Shown here in pieces: positions 27,397 through 38,170 of a stretch of 64,000 nucleotides of DNA. The stretch is from the NCBI GenBank assembly GCA_015485695.1, contig WFTB01000006.1, positions 14,334-78,333 on the forward strand. The letters run 5' to 3'. The DNA is from Patescibacteria group bacterium. Its GTDB lineage: Bacteria > Patescibacteriota > Patescibacteriia > WFTA01 > S139-112. The position numbers were made by a program, and so were the translations under genes. The notes beneath the pieces were generated by a model, which was given only the letters and a program-made list of their open reading frames with translations, had not been told where the DNA came from and did no database searches. The stretch's first letter is position 1. The number at the start of each line of letters is the position of its first letter.

Positions 27397-30300
27397 TTAA
27401 TCGCTTTTGATACGCACGGAACCCGAGCCCGTGAATGATTCTATTTCGTATTTCAAAGAATCGTCCATGTGAACTCTGTAACGTGTAATTATTTTCTTTG
27501 TTGACCCGTTGGTATTCAATATCAGAGTCACGCCGTATTCTCCGGGACGCGATGTTAGAAGTTCTTTGAGTCGTTCTATTATCTTGGTGTCACTCATCGA
27601 TGAAAGATGAATCAGCACTTGTTTGTCGACCAGATTTAATGTGTTTGAATTTCTAAGGGTTGAATGATGTTTTTGTAAAAAATTTGTTATATCTTCTTTT
27701 TCCGCGTTTTCCATTATCATTACATCGTCCACTATTATTTTTCTGTCAGCGTCTTTTTCGGATATCGACCCTTTTAACAAAATCGGCAAATTGTCATTCC
27801 ACGCTTCTGGATAACGAGTCGCCGTTCTCGGGAATACGAGAAGCTCCGTTTGTCCCGTTGTATCTTCGATTTCGGCGAAAAACATAGTATCGCCCTTTTT
27901 GGTGAAAAATTTCTTAACCCAATTAATCACTCCAGCAATTATCACGCTTGTCTCATTAGCCGTTTCTTGCAGGCTTCGTATGTTCTTTACGGTATCCGGC
28001 AATATTTCTTTGTATTTGTTCATCGGATGATCCGACACATACAAACCGAGCAATTCTTTTTCCCAAATCAACAGGTCTTGAATCGGAATGGGGGAAGTGT
28101 TCGAATCCATTGACAGGGTTATTTTTTCGTGAGAAGTTCCGGCGAACAGCGATACTTGTCCGTTGTCTTCTATTCTGTTCTCATAGCGTATGAATTTCAA
28201 AATTTGTTCTATGTTGTTATACATCCTCCCTCTGTCGCCGAGCGAATCCAGCGCTCCGGCTTTTATTAGAGCTTCTATGGATTTTTTGTTCATGTTTTTA
28301 TGTTTCACTCTGGACAAAAAATCTTCAAGGGACTCAAAACTTCCTCCCGATTTTCTTTCCATTATTATCGCGTTTATTATGTCCGTGCCCAGGTTTTTTA
28401 TCGCGGACAGTCCGAAGCGAATCTCAGTATCCGATATGTATGTAAAATCTCCAAGAGATTGGTTTACGTCCGGAGGCAATACGTCTATTCCCAGGCTTTC
28501 GCATTCTCTTACCGAGTGGGCGATTTTGTCGGTGTTGCCGGACTCGCACGTCATAAGGACGGCCATGTATTCCGCCGTGTAGTTCGCTTTCATGTAAGCG
28601 GTTCTATACGCAAGCATTCCGTATGACGCCGCGTGCGCTTTGTTGAATCCGTATGACGCAAACGGCTCTATCGCATTCCATATTTCTTGAGCTTTCGATT
28701 CGCTAAGTCCGTTTTTAACACATCCTTTATAAAACTTTTCCTTTTGCGCCGCCATTACTTCCGGGACTTTTTTCCCCATCGCTTTTCGAAACGCGTCCGC
28801 TTCGTCCGGTTCGTATCCGGCGATATGTATGGCTGTGAGCAAAATATCGTCTTGGTATATGAAAAGACCGTATGACATCTCCAGGATTTCTTTTAGACGA
28901 GGGTCCGTATATGTTATCGCGGCCGGGTTGTTTTTGCGTCGTATATATTCGGGTATGATTTCCATCGGTCCCGGGCGATACAGAGCGACCATGGCTATAA
29001 GGTGCGGGATTTCAGTCGGTTCAAGTTCTTTCAGATACCTGGTCATTCCGGAACTTGATAATTGGAAAACTCCGAACGTGTGGCCTTCACCGAGCATTTT
29101 AAATGTTTTTTCGTCATCTGTCGGAATGTTGTAAATATCGATTTTTTTATTTTTTACAGTTTTTACAAGTTCCAACGCTTTTGCCAGTATGCTTAAATTC
29201 CTAAGACCCAAAAAGTCCATTTTAAGAACTCCGACTGACTCTTTGGAAACTCCCGGATCGAGCTTGTACATGTCGTATTGGGTGATTATGTTTCTTCCTT
29301 TCGTTTCGATTTGCAACGGGACGTATTCGGTCAAAATTTTTGGCGTAAGAACGACGGCTGCCGCGTGCACCGAAACATGGCGCGCGCATCCTTCTATTTT
29401 TTGGGCGGACGTGTAAACTTCTCGCACTTCCGGGTCGCGTTCGTATTCTCGTTTTAAATCCGGACTTTCGGTTAACGCTTTTTCAAGCGTCATTGGGTGA
29501 CCTTGCGCCCCGAATGGAATAAGCTTGGCGATTCTGTCCGCCCATTCGTGCGGTTTTCCCAACGCGCGCGACACATCGCGGAAAGACCCCCTCGCCATCA
29601 TGGTTCCGAACGTGCACACTTGAGCCACGTTTTCTCTACCGTATTTTGAGCGAACATAATCGATAACTTCATCGCGTCGATCGTCTTGTATGTCGCAATC
29701 TATGTCGGGAGGAGAAGGTCGTTTTTTTGTCAAGAACCTGTCAAAAGGAAGTTGGTATTTCATCGGGTCTACGCTTGTTATGTTTAGACAATACGAGACA
29801 AGCGAGCCTGACGCAGATCCTCTTGCGGTAGTCATTATCCCTCGCTCTCTTGCCCATTGCATGAAATCGGCGAATATAAGGAAATAATCCGAATAGTTTT
29901 TGTAAAATATTATGTCAAATTCATAGTCCAATCGCTTTCTAATTTCCGGAGTTATTTTTCCATAGATTTTTCTCGCTCCCTTTTCCACGAGCTCTTTTAT
30001 GTATGAATTCGGATCTTTAGCGTTTTTTGGAAGTTTGTACGTGGGATAATGCCAAGTCTCAAGGTCCAATTCCAAATCAACACTTCTTGCTATTTTAACC
30101 GTGTTTTCCAGCGCTTCCGGAAATTTTGAAAACAATTTTTTCATTTCACTCGGAGGGTACAACGACAAATCAACACCTCTCAAGTCCATTCTTTTTTTGT
30201 CGTGTACCGTATTTCCAGTGTTTATGCACACCATTATATCGTGTATATTCGTGTCGCTTGAGTCTATATAGTGAACGTCATTCGTCGCAACGATTGGTAT

Positions 30301-30906
30301 GTCGAATTCCTTGGCCAGTTGGACCAATTTTTCCACTTCTTTGCTTTGCGATTCCATTTTTTTCGAATCTTTCCATTTTAGGATTTGGATTTCAATATAG
30401 AACCGGTCGCCGAAAATATCTTTGTACTCCGCCGTTAATTCCCTGGCTTTTTCAATATCTTCCTTTTCGAGAGCGCGACGAATTTCTCCCGACGGACACC
30501 CTGACAAGCATATTATGCCTTCAGAATATTTTCTCAGAACGTTTCTGTCGATTCTGGGCTTATAATAGAATCCGTCAAGAAACCCAATCGTGGACAGTGT
30601 CATCAGGTTTTTGTATCCTTGGTGGTTTTGTGACAATAAAGTCACATGAAAATTTTTACTGTCTTGTTTTCCGTTTTTAAGATGCAAAGCTCTCGGAGCT
30701 ATATAAGCTTCCATTCCTATTATTGGTTTTATTCCCGCTTTTTTGCATTCAACATAAAACTCAATCGCGCCATAAAGAGAACCGTGGTCCGTGAGCGCCA
30801 TGGCTTCCGCCCCTTGTTCTTTGGCTGTTTTTACCAAGTCCGGAATTTTCGCGAGACCGTCCAACAGGGAATAGTGCGAGTGAACATGTAGATGGACAAA
30901 TGACAT
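27397..30906 (-). CDS. dnaE: DNA polymerase III alpha subunit
   Basis: N-terminal PHP domain MSFVHLHVHSHYSLLDGLAKIPDLVKTAKEQGAEAMALTDHGSLYGAIEFY. 1169 aa, typical DnaE length. Polymerase core motifs (GVFQLSSSGM..., fingers, OB fold). Confidence 0.95.
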   Translation of the reverse strand: MSFVHLHVHSHYSLLDGLAKIPDLVKTAKEQGAEAMALTDHGSLYGAIEFYVECKKAGIKPIIGMEAYIAPRALHLKNGKQDSKNFHVTLLSQNHQGYKNLMTLSTIGFLDGFYYKPRIDRNVLRKYSEGIICLSGCPSGEIRRALEKEDIEKARELTAEYKDIFGDRFYIEIQILKWKDSKKMESQSKEVEKLVQLAKEFDIPIVATNDVHYIDSSDTNIHDIMVCINTGNTVHDKKRMDLRGVDLSLYPPSEMKKLFSKFPEALENTVKIARSVDLELDLETWHYPTYKLPKNAKDPNSYIKELVEKGARKIYGKITPEIRKRLDYEFDIIFYKNYSDYFLIFADFMQWARERGIMTTARGSASGSLVSYCLNITSVDPMKYQLPFDRFLTKKRPSPPDIDCDIQDDRRDEVIDYVRSKYGRENVAQVCTFGTMMARGSFRDVSRALGKPHEWADRIAKLIPFGAQGHPMTLEKALTESPDLKREYERDPEVREVYTSAQKIEGCARHVSVHAAAVVLTPKILTEYVPLQIETKGRNIITQYDMYKLDPGVSKESVGVLKMDFLGLRNLSILAKALELVKTVKNKKIDIYNIPTDDEKTFKMLGEGHTFGVFQLSSSGMTRYLKELEPTEIPHLIAMVALYRPGPMEIIPEYIRRKNNPAAITYTDPRLKEILEMSYGLFIYQDDILLTAIHIAGYEPDEADAFRKAMGKKVPEVMAAQKEKFYKGCVKNGLSESKAQEIWNAIEPFASYGFNKAHAASYGMLAYRTAYMKANYTAEYMAVLMTCESGNTDKIAHSVRECESLGIDVLPPDVNQSLGDFTYISDTEIRFGLSAIKNLGTDIINAIIMERKSGGSFESLEDFLSRVKHKNMNKKSIEALIKAGALDSLGDRGRMYNNIEQILKFIRYENRIEDNGQVSLFAGTSHEKITLSMDSNTSPIPIQDLLIWEKELLGLYVSDHPMNKYKEILPDTVKNIRSLQETANETSVIIAGVINWVKKFFTKKGDTMFFAEIEDTTGQTELLVFPRTATRYPEAWNDNLPILLKGSISEKDADRKIIVDDVMIMENAEKEDITNFLQKHHSTLRNSNTLNLVDKQVLIHLSSMSDTKIIERLKELLTSRPGEYGVTLILNTNGSTKKIITRYRVHMDDSLKYEIESFTGSGSVRIKSD

Positions 30907-31039
30907 GGTTTAAAGTTAAAAGCGCAAAAACAAAAACGCAAAACTTAATACTCAAAAACACATAAATCCCGAAACCTCGGAAACTAAATATGCATTATCT
31001 TGAGCAGAGTGTTCTGCATTTTTTAAAATTCGCGCGAGA

Positions 31040-31357
31040 TTATATATCGTCGAATTCTTTGAACCTCTTTCGATTGACATCCTCTTCGCTTGGCCTGTTT
31101 TTTTGCCGGTCCATGAATTTTTCCGCCAAACTTACCAGGATTCCGAAATATGTGGCAGAGTGGTCCAATTTTTCTTTTATCGCTCGTAGCAATCTGTCCA
31201 ATAAACCGAGTTTCTCGCGCGCGAGTTTGCCGATATCGCGTATGTCTTGTATAATTCTGGTGAGTTTAAACAAGAAATAAGCGATAAAAATCGCAATGAC
31301 GGAAACCGATATTGCCATGGCTATGTTTAATATGTCCGAGCTTGTTTCTATGACCAT
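31040..31357 (-). CDS. Small membrane-anchored coiled-coil protein (DUF948-like)
   Basis: 105 aa, N-terminal TM then a charged helical segment. Immediately upstream of dnaE on the same strand. Confidence 0.45.
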   Translation of the reverse strand: MVIETSSDILNIAMAISVSVIAIFIAYFLFKLTRIIQDIRDIGKLAREKLGLLDRLLRAIKEKLDHSATYFGILVSLAEKFMDRQKNRPSEEDVNRKRFKEFDDI

Positions 31358-31428
31358 ATTTCAGTTTTTTAGTCTTCCCTAAGTATACACCACTTCAGGA
31401 TAAGTGCAACAGTTTTTTTACAGATACC

Positions 31429-32331
31429 ATGTCTGATGAATATGAATCAAATCGTCATCCGTTTGATGAGCGCGAACTGAAATTTGGGCAGTATGTTGTT
31501 GCTCATCGAACCGTATGGAAGCGAGCGTTGGTGTTCTTTTTGTATTTTGCAACGTTGGCGATAGTCTACCTTTTTGCGGTGAAGTGGATATTCTTTTTGA
31601 CCGGTTCTTTGAATATCTGGAGTGTTGAGTACGACTTGACGTATAATTCGATTCCATGGAAAGAAATACGAGAGGCGAACAGTCCAAAGCCTCCGTATAT
31701 CAGTTCGATATACGCGGTCGCTTCCGGAGACGAATCAATAGACATAATGGCTCGCATTAACAATCCGAATACGGAATGGCGCGCGTCTCGAATTGATTAC
31801 AGGTTCAGTGTTGACGGAAAACCGCAGAGCGTTTCGTCTACATTTCTGTTGCCCGGAAACAATAGCCTCATATCCGAATACAATATATCAACGCAAAACA
31901 AAAGCCCGACCATAAGAGTCGATATTTTGGATATTGTTTGGAAACGAGTTCGCGACCGCGAACCTCTCAAGGTTCTTGAAGAGTTGAGCGTTGCCGATGT
32001 GACGTTTGAAAACGATATAAACCTGAATTCATTTGAAGTTGAAGCGACTTTGTTGAATACTTCCGGTAGAGGTTTTTGGGTTGTCGGTCTTCAGGCGGTT
32101 GCCAAGAGATTCGGAGATGTTGCGGGAATAAATTATATCGCGGTTGAACAGGTCCGTTCCGGTTCGGCAAGAGATGTTGTTTTCTCATGGACAAGCACTC
32201 TTTCCGGTATTGATGAAGTTGAAGTTATTCCGATTGTTGACGTTTACAATGATTCCGTGTACATGCCTTTGAGAGCGGGAGATTTCATGATTGACCCGTC
32301 GGGACCGGAGAACGTCAGGAACGGCAGATAA
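31429..32331 (+). CDS. Hypothetical membrane-anchored protein
   Basis: 300-aa ORF with TM LVFFLYFATLAIVYLFAVKWIFFL. Precedes the SEDS gene by 15 bp. Confidence 0.5.
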   Translation: MSDEYESNRHPFDERELKFGQYVVAHRTVWKRALVFFLYFATLAIVYLFAVKWIFFLTGSLNIWSVEYDLTYNSIPWKEIREANSPKPPYISSIYAVASGDESIDIMARINNPNTEWRASRIDYRFSVDGKPQSVSSTFLLPGNNSLISEYNISTQNKSPTIRVDILDIVWKRVRDREPLKVLEELSVADVTFENDINLNSFEVEATLLNTSGRGFWVVGLQAVAKRFGDVAGINYIAVEQVRSGSARDVVFSWTSTLSGIDEVEVIPIVDVYNDSVYMPLRAGDFMIDPSGPENVRNGR

Positions 32332-32345
32332 ATTCACTAAAGATT

Positions 32346-33434
32346 ATGTTGTCCAAATTTTCGAGGCTTTTTTCCGGATATGATTGGGTTTTGCTTTTCT
32401 CTGTGCTTTTTCTCGTTTTGTTCGGGTTGACAGTGATTTACAGCACTTCTTTGGGCGATTCCGGATTGACAAGGTTTACAAAGCAAATAATTTTCTTATT
32501 TATAGGTCTGTCCGTAATGGTGGTTGTGAGCAGAATAGATTATCGTTGGTTGGGGAGTTTGTCTTGGATTTGGTGGGTTTTGAGCGTTTTTGTTCTTGTC
32601 TTGGTTTTGGTTATTGGCACAAATGTTCGCGGTACGACTGGTTGGTTCATAATCGGTCCATTCTCGATACAGCCCGTTGAGTTTGTCAAGATGATAATGG
32701 TGGTGATCTTATCGTTTGCTCTGGCTCGAGAATCGAGACCGAATTTGTTAACGTGGGGCAAAACGTTGGCTTTATTGGCGCCTATTATCGGGTTGTTGTA
32801 TCTTCAACCGGATTTTGGGCCGATATTTTTATTGGTGGCTCTTTGGTTGATTCTTAACGCTTTGCGAGGACTTAATCGCAGGGGGTGGTTTGTATTGATT
32901 TTCGGAGGTATTATAATCGGCATGGTGGGGTGGTTTGGTATCCTTACGGATCATCAGAAAGGGCGCATTTTAACGTTTGTGAATCCCGGATCCGACCCGA
33001 CTGGAAGAGGGTTTCAGGTCAGGCAATCCATTATCGCGGTCGGTTCTGGCGGATTGCTCGGGCAAGGTATAGGGCAAGGACCGCAATCGCAATTACAATT
33101 TTTACCGGAAGCTCCGACCGATTTCATATTCGCGTCTTTTTTGGAACAGTCGGGATTTGTCGGGTTTTTGGCATTGATTATCGCTTGGTGCGTATTTTTT
33201 TGGCGTATCGCAAAATTAATGATGAGCGCGAAAGACAATTACACTCTTTATTTGGCTCTGGGGTTCGGTATTATGGTATTTATACAGACTTCCGTTAATG
33301 TTGCGATGAATATAGGTCTTGCTCCGATTGTCGGACTTCCGTTACCGTTTTTAAGTTATGGGGGATCTTCGTTAATTTCAAATTTTTTCATGGTTGGAAT
33401 TCTAGAAAGCATATCCATGCGCGGTAAAATATAG
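32346..33434 (+). CDS. SEDS-family peptidoglycan glycosyltransferase (FtsW/RodA/SpoVE)
   Basis: Ten TM segments. GSGGLLGQGIGQGPQSQLQFLPEAPTDFIFASFLEQSGFVG is the FtsW/RodA signature. Confidence 0.9.
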   Translation: MLSKFSRLFSGYDWVLLFSVLFLVLFGLTVIYSTSLGDSGLTRFTKQIIFLFIGLSVMVVVSRIDYRWLGSLSWIWWVLSVFVLVLVLVIGTNVRGTTGWFIIGPFSIQPVEFVKMIMVVILSFALARESRPNLLTWGKTLALLAPIIGLLYLQPDFGPIFLLVALWLILNALRGLNRRGWFVLIFGGIIIGMVGWFGILTDHQKGRILTFVNPGSDPTGRGFQVRQSIIAVGSGGLLGQGIGQGPQSQLQFLPEAPTDFIFASFLEQSGFVGFLALIIAWCVFFWRIAKLMMSAKDNYTLYLALGFGIMVFIQTSVNVAMNIGLAPIVGLPLPFLSYGGSSLISNFFMVGILESISMRGKI

Positions 33435-33645
33435 CAAAAACGAATCATTACGAGGGGTTTCATGAAAAAGCTAGCTCCGCCGGTGCCTCGATTGTTTTTG
33501 ACGTGATTTCTTTTTCGTGAATCCGTTATCTATTAAAATACCGTCTGAATCGTGAAATACGCGTTATCGCGCGCATGTGTTGACACGGTTTTGATAATTG
33601 TGTATCATTCGCCTGCGAATTATAACCTTTTTTAGGTGTTTTTTT

Positions 33646-34329
33646 ATGGAAGTTATAACATTGAATGCGGTAAAAAGAGACAGTGCTCGTGGCAATGCCG
33701 ATAAACTGCGAAAAGAAGGCGAAATACCCGGCGTTGTGTATGGTCGTGGGCTTGAAAACAGGAACGTGTCCGTCAAGTACAATGATTTTGTCAAAGTGTT
33801 TGAACGCGCGGGAGAGTCAACTTTGGTCGACCTTGTCATTGGGACTGATGAACCTGTTAAGGTTCTCGTACACGATACGCAAACGGACGCTCTCACGGAC
33901 CGCTATACTCATGTGGATTTCAGGCAGGTCAACATGAAAGAAAAAGTAGATGCCGAAGTACAGATAGTGTTTGAGGGAGTTTCGCCGGCAGTCAAAGAGC
34001 AGGGAGCGGTTTTGGTTCAACAGATTGACTCCGTGCACATAAAAGCTCTTCCCGGAGACCTTATGCACGAGATTGTGATTGATTTGTCGAAATTATCAAA
34101 TGTTGGAGATAAAATATACGTTCGCGATCTTGAATTGCCGGAAGGTGTGGAGATATTGAATGATTTGAGTGTCGTAATAGCCGGTGTCGAAGCCCAGCGA
34201 ACCGCCGAAGAAGTAGAATCGGCGTCCAGCGAAGATGCGGAGGCGATAATCGAAGAGAGAAAATCCGAGGGAGACAAGGCTGATGATGGCGGCGGAAACG
34301 ACGATGCCAAAGATGACAAAAAAGAATAA
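33646..34329 (+). CDS. rplY: 50S ribosomal protein L25 (general stress protein Ctc form) with an acidic C-terminal tail
   Basis: MEVITLNAVKRDSARGNADKLRKEGEIPGVVYGRGLEN... matches L25/Ctc. ATG at 33646; the ORF-track TTG at 33598 is unlikely. Confidence 0.88.
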   Translation: MEVITLNAVKRDSARGNADKLRKEGEIPGVVYGRGLENRNVSVKYNDFVKVFERAGESTLVDLVIGTDEPVKVLVHDTQTDALTDRYTHVDFRQVNMKEKVDAEVQIVFEGVSPAVKEQGAVLVQQIDSVHIKALPGDLMHEIVIDLSKLSNVGDKIYVRDLELPEGVEILNDLSVVIAGVEAQRTAEEVESASSEDAEAIIEERKSEGDKADDGGGNDDAKDDKKE

Positions 34330-34353
34330 TCTTCCACGAAAAACTTATAATAT

Positions 34354-34392
34354 AAAAACTCCCGAAAATGACGGGAGTTTTTATATTTTTAT
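34354..34392. terminator. Bidirectional rho-independent terminator (rplY on + strand, prmC on - strand)
   Basis: AAAAACTCCCG-aaaatga-CGGGAGTTTTTATATTTTTATT. Confidence 0.7.
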
Positions 34393-35283
34393 TACGGTCA
34401 CTCTGTCAAAGCCTTGCGTGTCTTTTTTGCATGTAACATTTTTTGTTTTCAATATATTAACCGCCCCTTTAAATATATCTTGTGCTTGATTGTGTCCGTG
34501 TTCCGTTATTATTGTTAATTCGTCGAATTTGGATTTCAGGTTATAATTTTTTATTTGTCGGAACAAATCCAAAAACATTTCAGTTCCGATTTTGCCTCCG
34601 ACCAAAGCGAGTCGCGGTTCGCGCAATATGCTTTCATCTTTCGGATTCTCGTATTCTCTATTCGATATATACGGCAAATTCGCGGTTATCAGCATGCGAC
34701 TTCCGGTATCAAGTTCGGTATTGGTTGAGATATAAGGCTCTAACAAGTTTCCTTGCAAAAATGTTATTTGCCCGTCAACTCCATGAAGTTTTGCGTTTTT
34801 TTCGGCGACGGCGAGAGCGTCTTTTGATATATCCGTTGCGAAGATTTTTACATCGTTTGAGTTTGTGTTTCGAGCGATGGAAACCGGAATGCAACCGGAA
34901 CCCGTGCCTATATCGACGATTGTTAACGGAAAGTCCGATTTTGATTCATTTATCGCTTCATCGACCAATAATTCGGTTTCCGGACGTGGAACCAATACTC
35001 GATGGTCCGTATGGAAAATCAAGCCGTAGAAGTTTTTTTGACCGACTATGTAAGCTACGGGCTCCATTTTTGCGCGTCTGTCTATGTACTCGTTGTAAGT
35101 TTCCAAATTTTCTGAGCTGATTTTGACTTCGTGATTCGCGTATAAATACAATCTGTCGTTTTTCCCAATGGCTTTGAGCAACAATATTTCCGCGTCCAGC
35201 ATGGGCGAGGAAGACGATTCCGAAAGTTTGCCAGACCCTTCAATCAGCGCTTTTTTAATGGGCGTATTATTTGCCAAGCTCAT
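34381..35283 (-). CDS. prmC: Release factor glutamine N5-methyltransferase
   Basis: [19 protein letters not shown]-binding motif and NLPYI (NPPY-type) catalytic motif. Overlaps and follows prfA. Confidence 0.88.
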   Translation of the reverse strand: MSLANNTPIKKALIEGSGKLSESSSSPMLDAEILLLKAIGKNDRLYLYANHEVKISSENLETYNEYIDRRAKMEPVAYIVGQKNFYGLIFHTDHRVLVPRPETELLVDEAINESKSDFPLTIVDIGTGSGCIPVSIARNTNSNDVKIFATDISKDALAVAEKNAKLHGVDGQITFLQGNLLEPYISTNTELDTGSRMLITANLPYISNREYENPKDESILREPRLALVGGKIGTEMFLDLFRQIKNYNLKSKFDELTIITEHGHNQAQDIFKGAVNILKTKNVTCKKDTQGFDRVTVIKI

Positions 35284-36310
35284 GAAGCGTCTGGATTATT
35301 TCATCTATGTCTCCATCCAATATATTCGGAATTCCGTGCCAATTTTTCTTCGCTCTGTGGTCAGTTACGCGATCTTGAGGGAAATTGTATGTACGGATTT
35401 TTTCCGATCGGTCCCCGGTACCTATTTGAGATCGTCTGGCGTCACCTTCTTCTTTCGCGCGTTTTTCGTCTTCCAGTTGTTGTAATTTCGTTCGCAATAT
35501 AATCATCGCTTTTTCTCTGTTTTGCAGTTGAGATTTTTCGTCTTGACACGAAACCACGAGCCCTGTCGGAATATGAGTTATGCGAATTGCCGAATCGGTC
35601 GTGTTTACGGACTGACCTCCCGGACCGGATGAGCGGAATACGTCCACGCGAATGTCTTCCGGTTTTATTTCTATTTCAACTTCATCCGCCTCCGCAAGCA
35701 CCGCGACCGTGGCGGTTGATGTGTGTATGCGTCCGGATTTTTCCGTTTCCGGGATTCTTTGAACTCTGTGAACTCCGGATTCGTACTTCATCGTACCGAA
35801 GACATTGTCGCCTTTTATTCCGAATATGACTTCTTTGAATCCGCCGATTCCTATTTGATTTGAGGATAAGAGCTCGATTTTCCAACCTCGCTTTTCGGCA
35901 TAGCGAGTGTACATTCGCATCAAATCGCCCGCAAACAAAGCAGATTCATCGCCTCCCGCTCCGGCTCTGATTTCGATTATTACGTTTTTTTTGTCTTTCG
36001 GGTCTTTCGGAGCCAACATCTCTTTGAGCTCGGTTTTGATTTTATCCAATTTGTCTTTTGCGATTTCAAGCTCTTCTTTTGCGAGCTCTTTCAAATCGGA
36101 ATCGTCGCTTTCAAGTATGAGCTGTTCATGTTCTTTGATGGAAGCGTTAAGAGCGTCCGTTTCATTTATTTTTTCCATAACGGGTTTAAGGTCGTTATAT
36201 TCTTTGGTTATGTTTTTCAGTCGAGCCGTGTCTTTAACCACTTCGGGGTCGGCAAGTTGTGATTCCAGCTTTAGGAACTTATCCGCAATATCCGCGTATT
36301 TGTCTGACAT
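35267..36310 (-). CDS. prfA: Peptide chain release factor 1
   Basis: [24 protein letters not shown] (GGQ motif) and [31 protein letters not shown]1 rather than RF2 by context with prmC. Confidence 0.92.
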   Translation of the reverse strand: MSDKYADIADKFLKLESQLADPEVVKDTARLKNITKEYNDLKPVMEKINETDALNASIKEHEQLILESDDSDLKELAKEELEIAKDKLDKIKTELKEMLAPKDPKDKKNVIIEIRAGAGGDESALFAGDLMRMYTRYAEKRGWKIELLSSNQIGIGGFKEVIFGIKGDNVFGTMKYESGVHRVQRIPETEKSGRIHTSTATVAVLAEADEVEIEIKPEDIRVDVFRSSGPGGQSVNTTDSAIRITHIPTGLVVSCQDEKSQLQNREKAMIILRTKLQQLEDEKRAKEEGDARRSQIGTGDRSEKIRTYNFPQDRVTDHRAKKNWHGIPNILDGDIDEIIQTLHELGK

Positions 36311-36371
36311 ATAGTTTTGATTTAAGAGTTTTAGCTTGTTTGCAACATGAGAATTCTATCGTATACGTAAA

Positions 36372-36412
36372 AATAATACCACCAAAACCAAACCCCGCCA
36401 AACTTGGCGGGG
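36372..36412 (-). terminator. Rho-independent terminator downstream of rpmE (minus strand)
   Basis: CCCCGCCA-aact-TGGCGGGG hairpin followed on the minus strand by TTTGGTTTTGGTGG. Confidence 0.65.
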
Positions 36413-36433
36413 CCTGCGGTGCGCACGAATGTT

Positions 36434-36835
36434 TTATTTGTCCGATTCCGTCGTTTTGGAGTCCGAGTTTTTCTTTTCGGGTGAAGCCGTTTTTGTCGAT
36501 TTTTTGCCGGCGGAGTTCTTTTTGCTCGATCCTCCGAGTTTCTTCGTTACGGTTTTCCGAACCGCGACTTTTGTATCGCGCTTGGCTTTGAGCATGGCTC
36601 TTTTTTGCGTCTTGCTCTTGTGTATTCCTTCCACTTTCTTGGCGGCTTTTTCTTCGAATTTTTCCACGCGTCGAGCGGTGTCTACGAGTTTCTGCTTACC
36701 TGTGTAGAACGGATGGCAATTTGAACAAATATCAATGTTAATATCTTTTACGGTCGAGCCGACGGCATATACAGCTCCGCACGCGCATTTTATGGAAGCG
36801 TCATCATGATATGTCGGATGTATGTCTTTTTTCAT
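36434..36835 (-). CDS. rpmE: 50S ribosomal protein L31 with a ~70-aa Lys-rich C-terminal extension
   Basis: [60 protein letters not shown] is the L31 zinc-ribbon signature. Start at MKKDIHP (36835). Confidence 0.88.
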   Translation of the reverse strand: MKKDIHPTYHDDASIKCACGAVYAVGSTVKDINIDICSNCHPFYTGKQKLVDTARRVEKFEEKAAKKVEGIHKSKTQKRAMLKAKRDTKVAVRKTVTKKLGGSSKKNSAGKKSTKTASPEKKNSDSKTTESDK

Positions 36836-37065
36836 AATCTGGTTATAAGCACCATGGAAATATACCAAGGTTTCTGATAAGAACCCGTGAATCGTACTAT
36901 ATTTTCATTAAAAAAGCAAGAGAAAGCGTTTTGGTTGTTTATCGGCGCGAATACATTGCTTTATATTCGCGATATTGAGGGATTTTTCGCGTTTATCCTT
37001 TGTTTTCGGATTGTTCTGGGTTTGTTATAAGTTGAAAACAAGGGCTGTTATGGTACGATGTTCGC

Positions 37066-37950
37066 ATGAAGGCAAATAAAACAAAATCCGAGACGATATT
37101 GGATGTTGTGGTTGATTCCGTATCAGAAAGAGAGGCTTTGGACAAGATACGCGGTTTTTTGCATGACGAGAGCAAGCAAAACATCGTCGTGACGATTAAT
37201 CCCGAATTTATAATGGCTTCCCAAAGGGATGAGAGCTTAAAAGATGTTTTGAATTCGAGTTCTCTGAGACTTGCCGACGGTATAGGTGTTTTGTGGTCCG
37301 CCAAATATTTATCTCTTCCTTATCGTGGAATTGTGTGGTCGATTTGGCAAATGGTATACTCCGGAGCGTCTTTGATTTTTAATCCCAAATACTGTCGATC
37401 GCCAATTCCTCAACGAGTGTCTGGGGCGAGTATCGTTCCGAAAATTTGTGAAATCGCACAAGAAGAAGAAAAGTCCGTTTTTCTCCTCGGTGGTCGGGAC
37501 GGTTCGGGATACGGAGCCTCCAATATGTTGCAAAGGTTGTATCCGAAATTGATAATCAAGGGAGTGGACGAAAATATTGATGTTGATTACATAGATGGTG
37601 ATTTGATTGTTTCTAGAGATGACTCGATTCGAATAGTTGAATTGTTGGAAAGCGCGCGCCCGGACATTTTATTCGTTGCATTGGGAGGTAACCAAAAGCA
37701 AGAGCAATGGATATCAAGGTACCTTTCAAAAGCTCCCGGAGTGAAAATCGCCATGGGAGTTGGAGCGACATTTGACTTTCTTTCCGGGCGTGTCAAACGC
37801 GCGCCAAAAATATTCAGAACACTTGGCATCGAATGGCTTTGGCGAATGTTTATTCAGCGACGGTTATCGCGAATAATGACCGCTACGGTAAAATTTATAG
37901 CAAAGGTTGTGCTTTTCAAGATTGAGAAGGGTGAATATCGGCGATGGTAG
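37066..37950 (+). CDS. WecB/TagA/CpsF-family (GT26) glycosyltransferase
   Basis: FLLGGRDG..., ILFVALGGNQKQEQWI..., GVGATFDFLSGRVKRAPKIFRTLGIEWLWRMFIQ are characteristic of GT26. Confidence 0.85.
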   Translation: MKANKTKSETILDVVVDSVSEREALDKIRGFLHDESKQNIVVTINPEFIMASQRDESLKDVLNSSSLRLADGIGVLWSAKYLSLPYRGIVWSIWQMVYSGASLIFNPKYCRSPIPQRVSGASIVPKICEIAQEEEKSVFLLGGRDGSGYGASNMLQRLYPKLIIKGVDENIDVDYIDGDLIVSRDDSIRIVELLESARPDILFVALGGNQKQEQWISRYLSKAPGVKIAMGVGATFDFLSGRVKRAPKIFRTLGIEWLWRMFIQRRLSRIMTATVKFIAKVVLFKIEKGEYRRW

Positions 37951-38170
37951 GCATTACGCTTTCGCGGGAGAGTGTAAAAAAGTTTCCAAGACTCCGATGT
38001 CGCGCCTGTCCGAAAAACGCGCAAAGCACGGACATGGTTCGGAAGAGCATTTTCACGGTGACGGGAAGAGCAAAGGTTTTTAAGGATTACAATATGCGAC
38101 GAACGAGACTTGATTCGAGAATCTTCACTTGAAGGAGTGGCGTATTTTTGGTATCGTATAATCGCAAATT

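Noticed and set aside
30990-31280. 96-aa plus-strand ORF and GCAGA-gtgt-TCTGC+T6 hairpin upstream of dnaE
   Set aside because: The ORF overlaps the minus-strand DUF948-like gene. The hairpin is oriented for the plus strand, where no gene ends; it is probably incidental or a minus-strand transcript 3' structure.
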